Shown here piece by piece: positions 38,933-48,913 of a stretch of DNA of 64,000 nucleotides. The stretch is from Vampirovibrionaceae bacterium NZW_1234. GTDB taxonomy: Bacteria; Cyanobacteriota; Vampirovibrionia; Vampirovibrionales; JAGQHJ01. The translations under genes and the position numbers were made by a program. How positions within the stretch are numbered: the stretch's first letter is position 1; each line of letters begins with the position of its first letter. The stretch covers positions 79,598-143,597 of the forward strand of contig JBGUGD010000001.1 of the NCBI GenBank assembly GCA_041697335.1, in the 5' to 3' direction. Under the pieces are notes generated by a model. The model was not told where the DNA came from. It saw only the letters and a list, made by a program, of their open reading frames with translations, and did no database searches.

Positions 38933-39004
38933 GCGTCCTTAGCTCAGCGGTAGAGCACTCCCCTTTTAAGGGATAGGTCCTGAGTTCGAATCTCAGAGGA
39001 CGCA
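38933..39004 (+). tRNA. tRNA-Lys (anticodon UUU)
   Basis: Cloverleaf GCGTCCT/AGGACGC acceptor, GCTC/GAGC D-stem, anticodon loop CTTTTAA, T-arm CTGAG-TTCGAAT-CTCAG; no encoded CCA. Confidence 0.85.
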
Positions 39005-39070
39005 TTTTCCCCTCCATATAAGGTTGTGTATGCGCCCCAATGAAGACGTTGTGGGTGCGTTTTTTTGCTT

Positions 39071-40711
39071 TTAAAGAACGTCGAGTGCCGGGGCGATGGG
39101 AGAAAAACTGTCGGGGTTGGCGCGATGCCAGTCTTTTCGAAAGCTCGCAGGAATTGGGTCTTTAAGCAGGCTATCGGGGGCAAGATAGTCATAAATGTAG
39201 CTTAAGGGGAGCACATGGGTTGGGCTGATGCGGCGTTGGATATGGAAAGGTTGAAGCTCCGAGGGGTGCGATAGTCCGGCTGCAGCGAGGATCTCCATAA
39301 AGGCATGGACCGTGCCGTCGTGGAAATTCTGGACCCGCCGCCATTTGTCTTCCACAACCAGGCCTTTGACCAGATCCGGATTTTGGGTGGCCACCCCGGT
39401 TGGGCAAGTGTTGGCATGGCACTGCAAGGCTTGAATACAGCCCAAGGCAAACATCATACCTCGGGCGGAATTGCACAAGTCGGCACCCATGGCGATTTTT
39501 GACGCGATATGAAACCCGGTGGTTACTTTGCCGCTGGCTATGAGGCGAATATGTTGGCGCAACCCACAGCCGACCAGGGCGCTATGAACAAAGGTCAAAG
39601 CGTCATCCAGGGGGGTGCCTACGGAATCGGAAAACTCCAGGGGAGCAGCCCCGGTTCCGCCTTCACCGCCATCGACGGTAATAAAATCAGGATAAATGCC
39701 TGTCTCCAGCATGGCTTTGCAGATGGCCAGAAACTCATGCCGATGGCCCAGGCACAGTTTGAAGCCGATGGGCTTGCCGTCGGACAGTGTGCGCAGGCGA
39801 TCAATAAACAGCAACAACTCACGCGGTGTGGAAAAAGCCGAGTGCCACGGTGGGGACAGAACATCTTCTCCCATGGGCACCAGACGGATGGACGCAATCT
39901 CGGGTGTGATTTTTTCCTTGGGCAAAATCCCCCCGTGGCCGGGCTTGGCTCCCTGGGAGAGTTTGATCTCAATCATTTTAATTTGGGGCAGGGCGGCTTT
40001 TTCCTGGAAACGATCCGGGCAAAAGGCGCCGTCCGGGGTACGGCAGCTGAAATAGCCGGTGCCAATCTGCCAGATGAGATCCCCACCGGGCTCCAGGTGG
40101 TAAGGGCTGAGGCCCCCTTCGCCGGTGTTATGGGCAAACCCACCGGCTTTGGCGCCTTTATTCAAGGCCAGAACGGCATTTTTGCTGAGGGCACCATAAC
40201 TCATGGCTGAAATATTGAAAATGGAGGCATCGTAAGGCTGGGTGCACTGAGGCCCCCCGACGCGAATGCGAAAGGGTTCCGTTGGCATGGGTTTTGGGCT
40301 TAGGGCGTGGTTGATCCATTCATAGCCGATGTCATAGACATTGCGCTTGGTGCCGAAGGGATGGGTGTTCAGATCTTTCTTGGCCCGTTGATAAATGTTG
40401 GCCCGTTTCACTCGATCGAAGGGGCGTCCGTCGATGTCGGATTCGATGAAATATTGGTTGATTTCCGGGCGAATGGATTCCAATAAATAACGCCCATGGC
40501 CCAGGATCGGGAAATTCCGGAGCACGGCATGGCGCTTTTGAAAGACATCATGAAGGCCTACGCCAATGAGCGGCAAGGCCAGAGCATAGGCAAAGCGAGC
40601 TGCCGGCCAGGCAATGGCCCACGTCTCGATGCTTAACAGGGAGATGGCCGATGCGAAATAAAAAATACGCCGGATGGGAATTTTCCCGAACACCGCTGCT
40701 CTGCTCCACAC
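39071..40711 (-). CDS. FMN-binding glutamate synthase family protein (GltB domain-2 homologue) with N-terminal TM segment
   Basis: ...GGEGGTGAAPLEF... and the FMN/Fe-S region of the PF01645 type. Confidence 0.75.
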   Translation of the reverse strand: MWSRAAVFGKIPIRRIFYFASAISLLSIETWAIAWPAARFAYALALPLIGVGLHDVFQKRHAVLRNFPILGHGRYLLESIRPEINQYFIESDIDGRPFDRVKRANIYQRAKKDLNTHPFGTKRNVYDIGYEWINHALSPKPMPTEPFRIRVGGPQCTQPYDASIFNISAMSYGALSKNAVLALNKGAKAGGFAHNTGEGGLSPYHLEPGGDLIWQIGTGYFSCRTPDGAFCPDRFQEKAALPQIKMIEIKLSQGAKPGHGGILPKEKITPEIASIRLVPMGEDVLSPPWHSAFSTPRELLLFIDRLRTLSDGKPIGFKLCLGHRHEFLAICKAMLETGIYPDFITVDGGEGGTGAAPLEFSDSVGTPLDDALTFVHSALVGCGLRQHIRLIASGKVTTGFHIASKIAMGADLCNSARGMMFALGCIQALQCHANTCPTGVATQNPDLVKGLVVEDKWRRVQNFHDGTVHAFMEILAAAGLSHPSELQPFHIQRRISPTHVLPLSYIYDYLAPDSLLKDPIPASFRKDWHRANPDSFSPIAPALDVL

Positions 40712-40967
40712 CTTAAGGACTGTTCCTTCAGTTTACGAAAGCGACCATGCAAGGGAATCCTTCTTTTGGTGGAGCCAGGGTGCAGCCAAATGGCTACGGT
40801 CTTAAGAATGACTTAAGAATTGGGGTAACAACAAGGGGGCAAATTATTGTTTTTATAACAGTATCTCATTGGTTGAAGAGACCGTGAACCGTGAATCGAA
40901 GAATCGGCACATCTAAATCCCCGTGCTGGTTTGAAATATCGGATATTGTGCTGGAGGAAACAATACA

Positions 40968-41465
40968 ATGGCTTTTGGTAATCTTCGAGGTGTCCCTCAA
41001 CGGCAACCCAGTGTCAACGGTGGCAACAACCCCATGATGCCTGACATGACCAATGGTGCCAATGGCAACAATTTAATGGCGCAGCTCATTAATAGTCCAT
41101 CGGCCAACCCAGGAGCACGTCCTGCTGGCGATGGCCAGGCGCCCGGAGGCGGTAATGCCGGCATTGATCCGCGGCAGATGTTTCAGGATGTGCGTAGCTT
41201 TTTAACCGGTGGTGGTGGCTTGCCTGACTATCTGACCGGTGGGGCCCAAGGCGGCAACGCTGGGACGCCTACAAATCTGGGTGAGGGGCTGCGCGGCATT
41301 TTTGGCAATGGCTCGAATAACGGGGCCCAGACACCGGGTGCCGATGCGTTGGCTCAGCGGCCTGGTGGTCCCAATTTAGGCCAGAACCCCGGGCTTCAGG
41401 CCATGGGTGACATCTTTGATATGACTCGGCGCCTGGATCTGCAATCGGGGGCTTCCGGCATGTAA
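40968..41465 (+). CDS. hypothetical Gly/Asn/Gln-rich low-complexity protein; N-terminus MAFGN...
   Basis: GGAGGAAAC RBS; composition similar to the 37855 and 37116 products. Confidence 0.5.
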   Translation: MAFGNLRGVPQRQPSVNGGNNPMMPDMTNGANGNNLMAQLINSPSANPGARPAGDGQAPGGGNAGIDPRQMFQDVRSFLTGGGGLPDYLTGGAQGGNAGTPTNLGEGLRGIFGNGSNNGAQTPGADALAQRPGGPNLGQNPGLQAMGDIFDMTRRLDLQSGASGM

Positions 41466-41844
41466 TCGCTTGCTATGCCTGCTTTGAAGGCCTACTGGGG
41501 CTTTTTACCGGGTTTTCTGATCCATTTCCATCGGGCCTGGTGAGTCACCGGAAAATAGGGATTGACACGCTTTTTCGGTATTCTTGTGTCAGGTTGGGCT
41601 TGGGATCTTAATGAATCCCTAATGTTTGACCTGACACAAATTATTGCTTTGGGTGTTTTTATATAAACACAAGGTGAAAATAACTCACCGACTCCCAACT
41701 CTCTCTCTCGTTTCTCGTGTGTGTGATAAAAACCCCTTTTTTCATCCCGAATGAATGATGCCGGATAAGCCCATTATCGTGTGCATTGTTTTTCCCTGAT
41801 AAATCAACCGTGTGTATGTGTGTGTGTTAAGGAGGTTCTCTGAA

Positions 41845-42567
41845 ATGGTTATCGCTCGTCCAATCGGTGGTCGTCCCACGACCCCGCCCACTCGTCCTAC
41901 GACGCCCCCCAGACCGACGACTCCCCCAACAACCCCGTCGCCAACCACGCCGCCCGTGACCGGGACTAGCAATAACGGCGACCGGACGTTGATGCTTCAG
42001 ATTTTATTGCTCCTGTTGCAAATGATTATGAAAATGCAGCAGACCCCCCGCTTTCCCTTCGGTGCCGGCGGTGGTTATAACCGAGCCTTCGGTGGTGGTT
42101 TAAGCGCTGGCTCGGGAAGCAGTTCCTCTCCCCGGTTCCCGAATTCGCTGTTCCCCTCGTTCAGCAATTCGCCGACCCTGCCTTTGGCGCCGCAACGCTT
42201 GGATTCCCCATTTCGAAATACCGGTGACCTGACCCTGGATCGCTTAGTTGCGCCAGGCACCCCGGTGGCTCCCAATGACTATAACAGCACGGATTTTCTG
42301 ACCGGCTTGAGCCAGTTTACCTCGCCATTCGGGCGACAGGTTGGGCCCAACACCACGCTGGAAGAAGCCCGAAATGCAACGCTGGCCGTACAATCCTACC
42401 TGCCCAGCAATATCAACAAGCAGCTGAACCTTGGATTGTTGCTCACCCAGTTGAATGCACGGGATCCTCAGCCTCTGGATCAACCGGAATACGCCCAGGC
42501 GCTGTTCGACCTGACGGGTAACATTGACCCTCAAACCCAGGCGCTGTTCAGAATCCCCGGTTTCTAG
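41845..42567 (+). CDS. hypothetical protein with Pro/Thr-rich N-terminus, hydrophobic segment and Gly/Ser-rich region
   Basis: RPTTPPTRPTTPPRPTTPPTTPSPTTPP...LMLQILLLLLQMIMKM...; start assumed at MVIARP. Confidence 0.45.
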   Translation: MVIARPIGGRPTTPPTRPTTPPRPTTPPTTPSPTTPPVTGTSNNGDRTLMLQILLLLLQMIMKMQQTPRFPFGAGGGYNRAFGGGLSAGSGSSSSPRFPNSLFPSFSNSPTLPLAPQRLDSPFRNTGDLTLDRLVAPGTPVAPNDYNSTDFLTGLSQFTSPFGRQVGPNTTLEEARNATLAVQSYLPSNINKQLNLGLLLTQLNARDPQPLDQPEYAQALFDLTGNIDPQTQALFRIPGF

Positions 42568-42601
42568 AATCAAGTTTTCGCTACCGTTACGAGTTCTCTT
42601 C

Positions 42602-42636
42602 TACAACAACACAACACAACAACACAACACAAATCA
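42602..42636. repeat. simple (ACAAC/ACA)n microsatellite-like tract
   Basis: ctacaacaacacaacacaacaacacaacacaaatc. Confidence 0.6.
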
Positions 42637-42855
42637 GGGTAAATGAGATTCCTATAGTGTGGGAATAATGGGCTGTGTCGGGAGGTTTGGCCACGTGCCA
42701 GGCCTCCCGACTTATTTATTACAGAAGGCTGGACAATACCATTGAGAGTAACGCTGCTTCTGGAAAAGGACGCTTTGGCGCCAAGGGCTGATTGTTTTCG
42801 GCCAAGGAGTGTCGTACACTGAAATGCAGTTTTTCGCACCGTAACTGAAGTTTGA

Positions 42856-43815
42856 ATGATGACCGCCTCAAAGCCCGATCCGACTCCAAATTCTCCTCGC
42901 CCGGTGTCCGGGGGACCTTTGATGCCAGGGGCCTCTCCTTCCGGGGCTGGTATCTTGCCGCTCTTTGCTGAGACATTCCTGTTGGTGGGCCGGTACTTTA
43001 TTATTGTTTACCCGGTGTTTCTGTATTTCATTCTGAGCAGTTTTCTGCTGCCCCACACGACACCGGATTTCAGCCATTGGGCCTGGTGGGTTGTCAGCTT
43101 GGGCCTGGTCGCCATTTTGTATATTTTCAAGGCCGGCTGGAGTCTGATGATGTACCGGGCCGTGAAAGAATGGCAGGTGTTTCAGCAACGCTTACTGCAA
43201 GGACCAGTTGCCGACGCGGATGAGCCGTTTCCGCTACCCATGATTCCTTTTTCCCTCCTAAAAGAGTTTATTCCCGGCATGGGACAATATGGCCTGACGT
43301 TTTTACTGGGCGGCATTCTTTGGGCGCTGTGCGTGATTACTCCCATCGGCCTGTTGGTTTGGGGAGCCTATCACTGGATTGGCAGTCCGGAGTTTATTTT
43401 GCCCTTGTATAACCAGAATACCCTCACGTTTCAAGACTTCCAGCAGTTTTGGGATCGCTTGCCGATGCATCAGAAAACCCAGTTGAGTCAATGGAACCTT
43501 GTCTCCATGGCGGCGATGGGGATTCTGTTCATCGTCAATGCCCTGACGCTGTATTGGCAACAATACGTGATTTTGAAAGACACCCATGCCTTTAAAGCCT
43601 TTTGGCTCAGTGCCCGGCGCGCCGTTCGGCACCCCTTCCAGACGGTCCTGATTCTGGTTTATTTCTGGACCTTTTACCTGTTTTTCTCCCTGGTCGGGAA
43701 TATGTCTGATGTGTTGGCCTTTTTGGGTATCTTCCTGCTGATTCTGACCATGGTCTACTTTGGTCTGTTCCTGTTTTTGTATCTTCTGCGGATCGATGCC
43801 GAAGCAACCCCCTGA
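42856..43815 (+). CDS. polytopic membrane protein, hypothetical
   Basis: 6-8 hydrophobic helices; Pro/Ser-rich N-terminus. Confidence 0.5.
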   Translation: MMTASKPDPTPNSPRPVSGGPLMPGASPSGAGILPLFAETFLLVGRYFIIVYPVFLYFILSSFLLPHTTPDFSHWAWWVVSLGLVAILYIFKAGWSLMMYRAVKEWQVFQQRLLQGPVADADEPFPLPMIPFSLLKEFIPGMGQYGLTFLLGGILWALCVITPIGLLVWGAYHWIGSPEFILPLYNQNTLTFQDFQQFWDRLPMHQKTQLSQWNLVSMAAMGILFIVNALTLYWQQYVILKDTHAFKAFWLSARRAVRHPFQTVLILVYFWTFYLFFSLVGNMSDVLAFLGIFLLILTMVYFGLFLFLYLLRIDAEATP

Positions 43816-44713
43816 GGTTATTGTTGTTGCAGGCCCGACAGCCACGGGGAAGACCCGTGTGGGCGCAAGTATTGCCAAGCACTTGGGCTCCGAAGTCATT
43901 TCGGCGGATTCCCAATTGGTGTATCAGGAGCTGTCCATTGGTGTGGCCAAGCCCACGGCTGAGGAAATGCACGGGGTGGTCCACCACATGATCGATGTGG
44001 TTACTCCGACGGAGCAGTTTTCTGCGGGACAATATGCGGATATGGCTCGGCCTATTCTGGAACGATTGCTTTCGGAAGGGCGATCGCCTGTTGTTGTAGG
44101 TGGCACCGGGTTTTATATCCGAGCCTTGCTCCAGCCCGGCCATATTCCCCAGGTGCCTGTGGATGAGGCCTATCGGGCGCAGTTGCGAGACCGCCTGGCG
44201 GAGGAGGGACCCGAAGCCTTGTATCAGGAGCTGCTGGTGCGGGATCCCCAACGAGCGTCTCAATTGCATCCCAATGATACGGTTCGGGTGATCCGGGCGC
44301 TGGAGATTATTGAAGCGACCGGAAAGCCAGTGGAAGCCAGCCCCGTGGAACCTGTCTACCCTACGCGGGCCATTGGGCTTCGCTATGCCGATCGGGAGCG
44401 CCAGTGGGCCCAGATCAATCGGCGTCTGGAGGCCATGATGGCTGAAGGTTTTTTGGAAGAGGCCCGACAGGTGTATGGCCGCTACGGGTTTTGTGAAGCA
44501 CTGCATAATGCCCATGGGTACCCAGAGCTGATTCAGGTCCTGGAAGGGCAACGCACTCTGGAGGATGCCATTGGCCAGATACAGATCAATATTCGCCAGT
44601 ACAGCAAGCGCCAATTGACATGGTTTAATCGTTTTCCCGGTATTCAGTGGTATTGTGTCGACCAGATGGGGTTGGATGAAGTTGTTACGGATGTCGTTGC
44701 TTTATATCGTTGA
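43796..44713 (+). CDS. miaA: tRNA dimethylallyltransferase MiaA
   Basis: VIVVAGPTATGKTRVGASIAKHLGSEVISADSQLVYQELSIGVAKPT is the MiaA P-loop N-terminus. Confidence 0.85.
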   Translation: MPKQPPEVIVVAGPTATGKTRVGASIAKHLGSEVISADSQLVYQELSIGVAKPTAEEMHGVVHHMIDVVTPTEQFSAGQYADMARPILERLLSEGRSPVVVGGTGFYIRALLQPGHIPQVPVDEAYRAQLRDRLAEEGPEALYQELLVRDPQRASQLHPNDTVRVIRALEIIEATGKPVEASPVEPVYPTRAIGLRYADRERQWAQINRRLEAMMAEGFLEEARQVYGRYGFCEALHNAHGYPELIQVLEGQRTLEDAIGQIQINIRQYSKRQLTWFNRFPGIQWYCVDQMGLDEVVTDVVALYR

Positions 44714-45173
44714 CCCGGGCAGGGGATCTTCCTTAAGATGACTGGTGTCGTAATTTTGTTGACTGTCTTGATTTGATTTTTTGTTTTCCGAGTTGTTTTG
44801 TTTGTAAGGAGCGATAGTGAGTTGGTCTGGCAGGAGCGCCCGTTTCATGTCTCTGAAGACACCCGGCTCCCGGTAACACAACCCTTGAAGGACATGACCT
44901 TTATTCACTGTCCCATGACGGTTGCCTTGCGTACTCGCACGCCGATTTACAAGGACTATGTCCTGTCCTCGGAACCCTATTTGCTGAATTAGGCTGGCGA
45001 TGCCCTGCCCTTTAGTTGGGTTGGTGAGTCAGGATGCCTCCAGAATTTAAAAAAAAAGAAAGAGCAGGCTGTTTGGGAGAGGGCAGGGGATGTAACAGCG
45101 CTGCTCTTATTCTGCTTATTGTGCTGATAATCTGTGAGTGTTTGCGATAGCTTGAAGAGAGGGGATAGGTGTG

Positions 45174-46013
45174 TTATTTCCAGAGCCGTTTCCAGGCACT
45201 TGAGATTTTTTGCCCAACAGCCGATGCCGCATTGGAGACCTTTTCAGCGGCAGTGCTGACGGCATTGGAAATCTGGCTTGAGGAGACTTTGCCTACACCT
45301 GGAATAGTGGCTGTAACGCCTTCCTTGGTGCTGTAGCCGACACCGACTTCAACGCCCTTGATTTTGACCGAGGCGTCAACAAATTCGCCTCGCTCCTCAG
45401 ACTTTCCGGCAGTGACGCCCACTTCGGCATTCAACTTCTTGCCCAGGCCGACTTCGACTTTGGCCTCGACCGACTTTTCGCCGGGCTTGTCGGTGACAAT
45501 GACACTGGGACTGCAGCTGACCGGGCCAACTTTTCCTTCCACCTTGGCCCCGTATTTGCCGTCTTCGCCGGTGTATACTGTGGCGGCCCCGCCTACGGAC
45601 GCATCGATTCCGGCGACACCGACTTTGCCGATGGCAGCGACTTCGGTTTTTTCTTTGCTGACGTTGGCGCCAAGTTTTGCGGAACCTTCCAACGGAACAC
45701 CTTCAAATGTTGTGGTGCTTTTCACCTCGGCCATGGCGCCAACGCCGTCTTTGGCATTGCAGTTGGCTTTGGCACTTGCGCCCAAGGAGCCGGTCATGTC
45801 ATAGCCGTTTACCTTGGCTTTCCAGTCCGCCCCGGCAGCAGCACCGGCCTTGGGGCCATCTGCGCCATTCGAGGCATAGGCCTCGGTGGTGATTTTTTCA
45901 TCGTAATTTGTGACGTTGATCTTTTTTTCAGCAGGCTTCCTGTCCGAAGGAACTGCATGCAACGGCGCGCCATAGCTTTTCGCATATGGCTTTACCCCTG
46001 AGGATAAGCTCAT
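45174..46013 (-). CDS. hypothetical Gly/Ala/Lys/Val-rich repetitive protein
   Basis: Repeated GxxVxxKVG-type segments; no signal peptide. Confidence 0.45.
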   Translation of the reverse strand: MSLSSGVKPYAKSYGAPLHAVPSDRKPAEKKINVTNYDEKITTEAYASNGADGPKAGAAAGADWKAKVNGYDMTGSLGASAKANCNAKDGVGAMAEVKSTTTFEGVPLEGSAKLGANVSKEKTEVAAIGKVGVAGIDASVGGAATVYTGEDGKYGAKVEGKVGPVSCSPSVIVTDKPGEKSVEAKVEVGLGKKLNAEVGVTAGKSEERGEFVDASVKIKGVEVGVGYSTKEGVTATIPGVGKVSSSQISNAVSTAAEKVSNAASAVGQKISSAWKRLWK

Positions 46014-46504
46014 ACTATATAGCCTCCAATGTCCAGCCTAGTCGTAATATCTAAAGAAACGAGTAATATTTGTATTAATATAAAAATAATTATTGAAAGA
46101 TTTTTGATAGCGGAATTCGGCTGAGTTAATTGTTATAAAAACAATCAATTGCTGGGCACTTTTGAAAAGAACCTGGTGGCGTGATTCGAGAAGTCTTTTG
46201 GATCGGATACCCAGTTTGAGGCACAGGTCTCTGAAATGCGAAGTTTTTTTAAGTATCCGTACTTTGTCTTACCTCTGGATTTGAGAAAGATATAAGCCGC
46301 GGCTGCACTCGTTTTGCACAGCCTGACCGCCTGGTCAGGTGAACCGATGAGGCGGGTGAGGGGCCTCTGGTTTTTTGTCGACATGATGAATTGAAAACAT
46401 CGATTTTCAGCGTGCATCATAGGGAATGGTATACGGTGAAAACGCTTCAGCCTGATTGATAGTGGGCTGAGCCGTTCTGAAACTATTAATTAAGAGGAGG
46501 GTCT

Positions 46505-46771
46505 ATGGTTCCGCATTCCAAAGATGAATTGCAACAACGTAAGGAAGAGCTTCAGAAAAACGCTGAGATTGCCTATACGCAAGTTCCAACCCAGGAAGAG
46601 ATGCTGAATGGAGGCAAGCCCGTTGAAAAACCGGCCGATAAAGAAGAGAATCTGAAAAAAACCGAGAAGTCCCAGGAGACGGGGCACAAGCATCACGACC
46701 AGGCGTTAGCCCAGGATATTGATGAGGCGCTTTACGAAGCGGCGCAACAAGGCAATATTGGCGGTGATTAG
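46505..46771 (+). CDS. hypothetical small acidic/lysine-rich protein (88 aa)
   Basis: AGGAGGG RBS 5 nt upstream of the ATG. Confidence 0.5.
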   Translation: MVPHSKDELQQRKEELQKNAEIAYTQVPTQEEMLNGGKPVEKPADKEENLKKTEKSQETGHKHHDQALAQDIDEALYEAAQQGNIGGD

Positions 46772-47895
46772 GACTTGGGCTTGGGTTTTGCGCTTTTTTG
46801 CAGGGGACGATTTTGTTCGTCCAGTTCAAAAATCCAGCGTGATAAGGCATAGGCCGTGTTCAAAATAATAAGCGATACGCTGTCGCCAGGTTGAATATTA
46901 ACTTCCTGTTTGTCCTCTTGACGTGTGGCTCGCTTAAAGCCTTCGCTGAGATCGGCATTGGCGGCTGTGTTCTCCGCATTGCTTGAACTGGTGGATGTTT
47001 CCTGAGCTGCTCCTCCCGAGTTCAAGAGCGACGTGTCAAAGATTGCCGCAGGCAGACCGTCTTTTGCCAACTGTTCGTTGGTCTTGTCTTTCAATATCGG
47101 AAGAATTGGGGCGGCAATTTTTTCATGAAACATCAAAACACCCACTTGCAAGGGCTCATACTGTGAGACCACGATTTTGAAACGGCCCAAGGTGTTGGTT
47201 TCCAGATACATGACGACCGACATATCACGTTCCTGGCCTTCTTCGCCGCCACTGCCGTCTTCAAAGGACAGGTCCATTTTCTGGGGTGGTACCAGGGGAT
47301 AAATGGGCAGGTAAAGCAGTACGAGGGTTTCGGTCGCGTGCATGGGGGATTGCTTTATTTTCTCACTCATCTTGTCAAGGGTCTTCACCAGCTCGGCCAC
47401 TTGCGGGCCACTTTGGGTTTGACTGATGGGAGAGGCCTGAAGGAGTTTCATGAGCTTGGATTTGGCTTCATCCGTATTTTTTCCCAGGAGCTTCTGCATC
47501 TCATCCAGGGGAATGGTTAATTCGTTGGCATTGTCTTGAATGACCTGTTTAAGTGTTTGTTTCAGGCTTTTTTTCAACGTTTCGGGCGTGGCTTCCAGGG
47601 CCATCATCATCAGTGTGGTCCGAAGCTCTTCGGGAAGCTTCATGGCATCTTTCAAAAAAGTTGCAACCTCATCGGCCGGAAGACGTACCGATTCATCGGC
47701 AAACAAAGCCGCCATGGTGAGCTTGGCAAGCTGTTGCTGCAACGTGGGAGGCCCTGTTGGAATGGGAGTGCTGGGAACGCCAATGTCGTTTGAACCGCCA
47801 CTAATCAGTTGCTGCGCCTGGCTCAGCAAGTTTACAAGATTGAATTTGGGAAAACCGGCGTTTGACATCATCAGCCTCATCGCGCTCTTGTTCAT
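46768..47895 (-). CDS. hypothetical protein (375 aa); weak resemblance to the FliK C-terminal domain
   Basis: Segment LETNTLGRFKIVVSQYEPLQVGVLMFHEKIA... loosely resembles the FliK C-domain; otherwise Pro/Gln-rich. Confidence 0.35.
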   Translation of the reverse strand: MNKSAMRLMMSNAGFPKFNLVNLLSQAQQLISGGSNDIGVPSTPIPTGPPTLQQQLAKLTMAALFADESVRLPADEVATFLKDAMKLPEELRTTLMMMALEATPETLKKSLKQTLKQVIQDNANELTIPLDEMQKLLGKNTDEAKSKLMKLLQASPISQTQSGPQVAELVKTLDKMSEKIKQSPMHATETLVLLYLPIYPLVPPQKMDLSFEDGSGGEEGQERDMSVVMYLETNTLGRFKIVVSQYEPLQVGVLMFHEKIAAPILPILKDKTNEQLAKDGLPAAIFDTSLLNSGGAAQETSTSSSNAENTAANADLSEGFKRATRQEDKQEVNIQPGDSVSLIILNTAYALSRWIFELDEQNRPLQKSAKPKPKS

Positions 47896-47957
47896 TATCG
47901 ACGGTAAAGCAGAAAACGTGAATTCCTGAAAAGAGCGACTCTGGGTATAATATATGC

Positions 47958-48779
47958 ATGAAGTTGTTTTCCACTTATTTTTTGCTTGTGTTGGGTCTGG
48001 TCCTGGCCGTCAGTGCATTGGGCTGTCGTACCACCTTGCCTGAGAAGTCCACCGATCTGCTCCACTCGGTGCAGCAGCGGGATCAGATTATTGTGGGGAC
48101 CAAATACGATTCGCCCCCTTTTGGGTATCTGGATAAAGATGGCCAGTTGAAGGGGCTGGAAGTGGAGCTGGCTCACGAAATTGCCAAGCGCCTTTTGGGT
48201 GATCCGAACAAAGTCAAGTTTGTTCAGGTGAACTCGTCCACTCGGGTTGCCGCCTTGAACGCTCGCCACGTGGACTTTGTCCTGGCAACAATGACGATTA
48301 CTCCAGAGCGTAAACAAGTGGTGAATTTTACCGAGCCCTATTACAAATCGGCCCAGGCCATTATGGTTCGTGAAAATTCCGGTATTACCTCCATCAATGA
48401 CTTGGCTGACAAGCGGGTGAACTATGTTATTGGGACCACCGGGGAAGCCAACCTGAAGAAAGTCTTGCCCAAGGCCAAACTTTTGGGCTTCAAGTCCAAT
48501 ACTGAAGCCTTTTCGGCCTTGAGTGCCGGGCGGGCAGATGCCTTTAGCCAGGACGATTCCATCTTATACGGTTTTCTTCATGAGCATTGTGATGTCAAAG
48601 TCTTACCGGATCGGATTTCCGAAGAGCCCTATGGCATTGCTTTTCGTAAGGACGCTCGCAGTAAGCCCTTACAGGATGCAATTCAAAAAATTCTGGACGA
48701 TATGGCCAAAGAAGAATACCTTCAGGGGTTACGCCAAAAGTGGGTACGTCCGGCCCCTCCTACGGTCTGTGCTCTGTAG
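47958..48779 (+). CDS. polar amino acid ABC transporter substrate-binding protein (SBP family 3)
   Basis: Signal peptide plus the GTKYDSPPFGY...motif of Gln/His/Arg-binding proteins. Confidence 0.8.
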   Translation: MKLFSTYFLLVLGLVLAVSALGCRTTLPEKSTDLLHSVQQRDQIIVGTKYDSPPFGYLDKDGQLKGLEVELAHEIAKRLLGDPNKVKFVQVNSSTRVAALNARHVDFVLATMTITPERKQVVNFTEPYYKSAQAIMVRENSGITSINDLADKRVNYVIGTTGEANLKKVLPKAKLLGFKSNTEAFSALSAGRADAFSQDDSILYGFLHEHCDVKVLPDRISEEPYGIAFRKDARSKPLQDAIQKILDDMAKEEYLQGLRQKWVRPAPPTVCAL

Positions 48780-48913
48780 ATTTGTGGCCTTGCTTGAAAT
48801 CAAGATATCCGGTCCGTGTCTCTTTAAAGGCGCGTGGGGTTTGCGAAAGCTTGTTATAATGAAACTAGTTCCTGCAGAAGCAATTCCCCTGGCAGCATGA
48901 AGAGATAGCGTCG

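Noticed and set aside
38944-39192. 82-aa ORF antisense to tRNA-Lys
   Set aside because: It overlaps a clear tRNA cloverleaf, so it is spurious.
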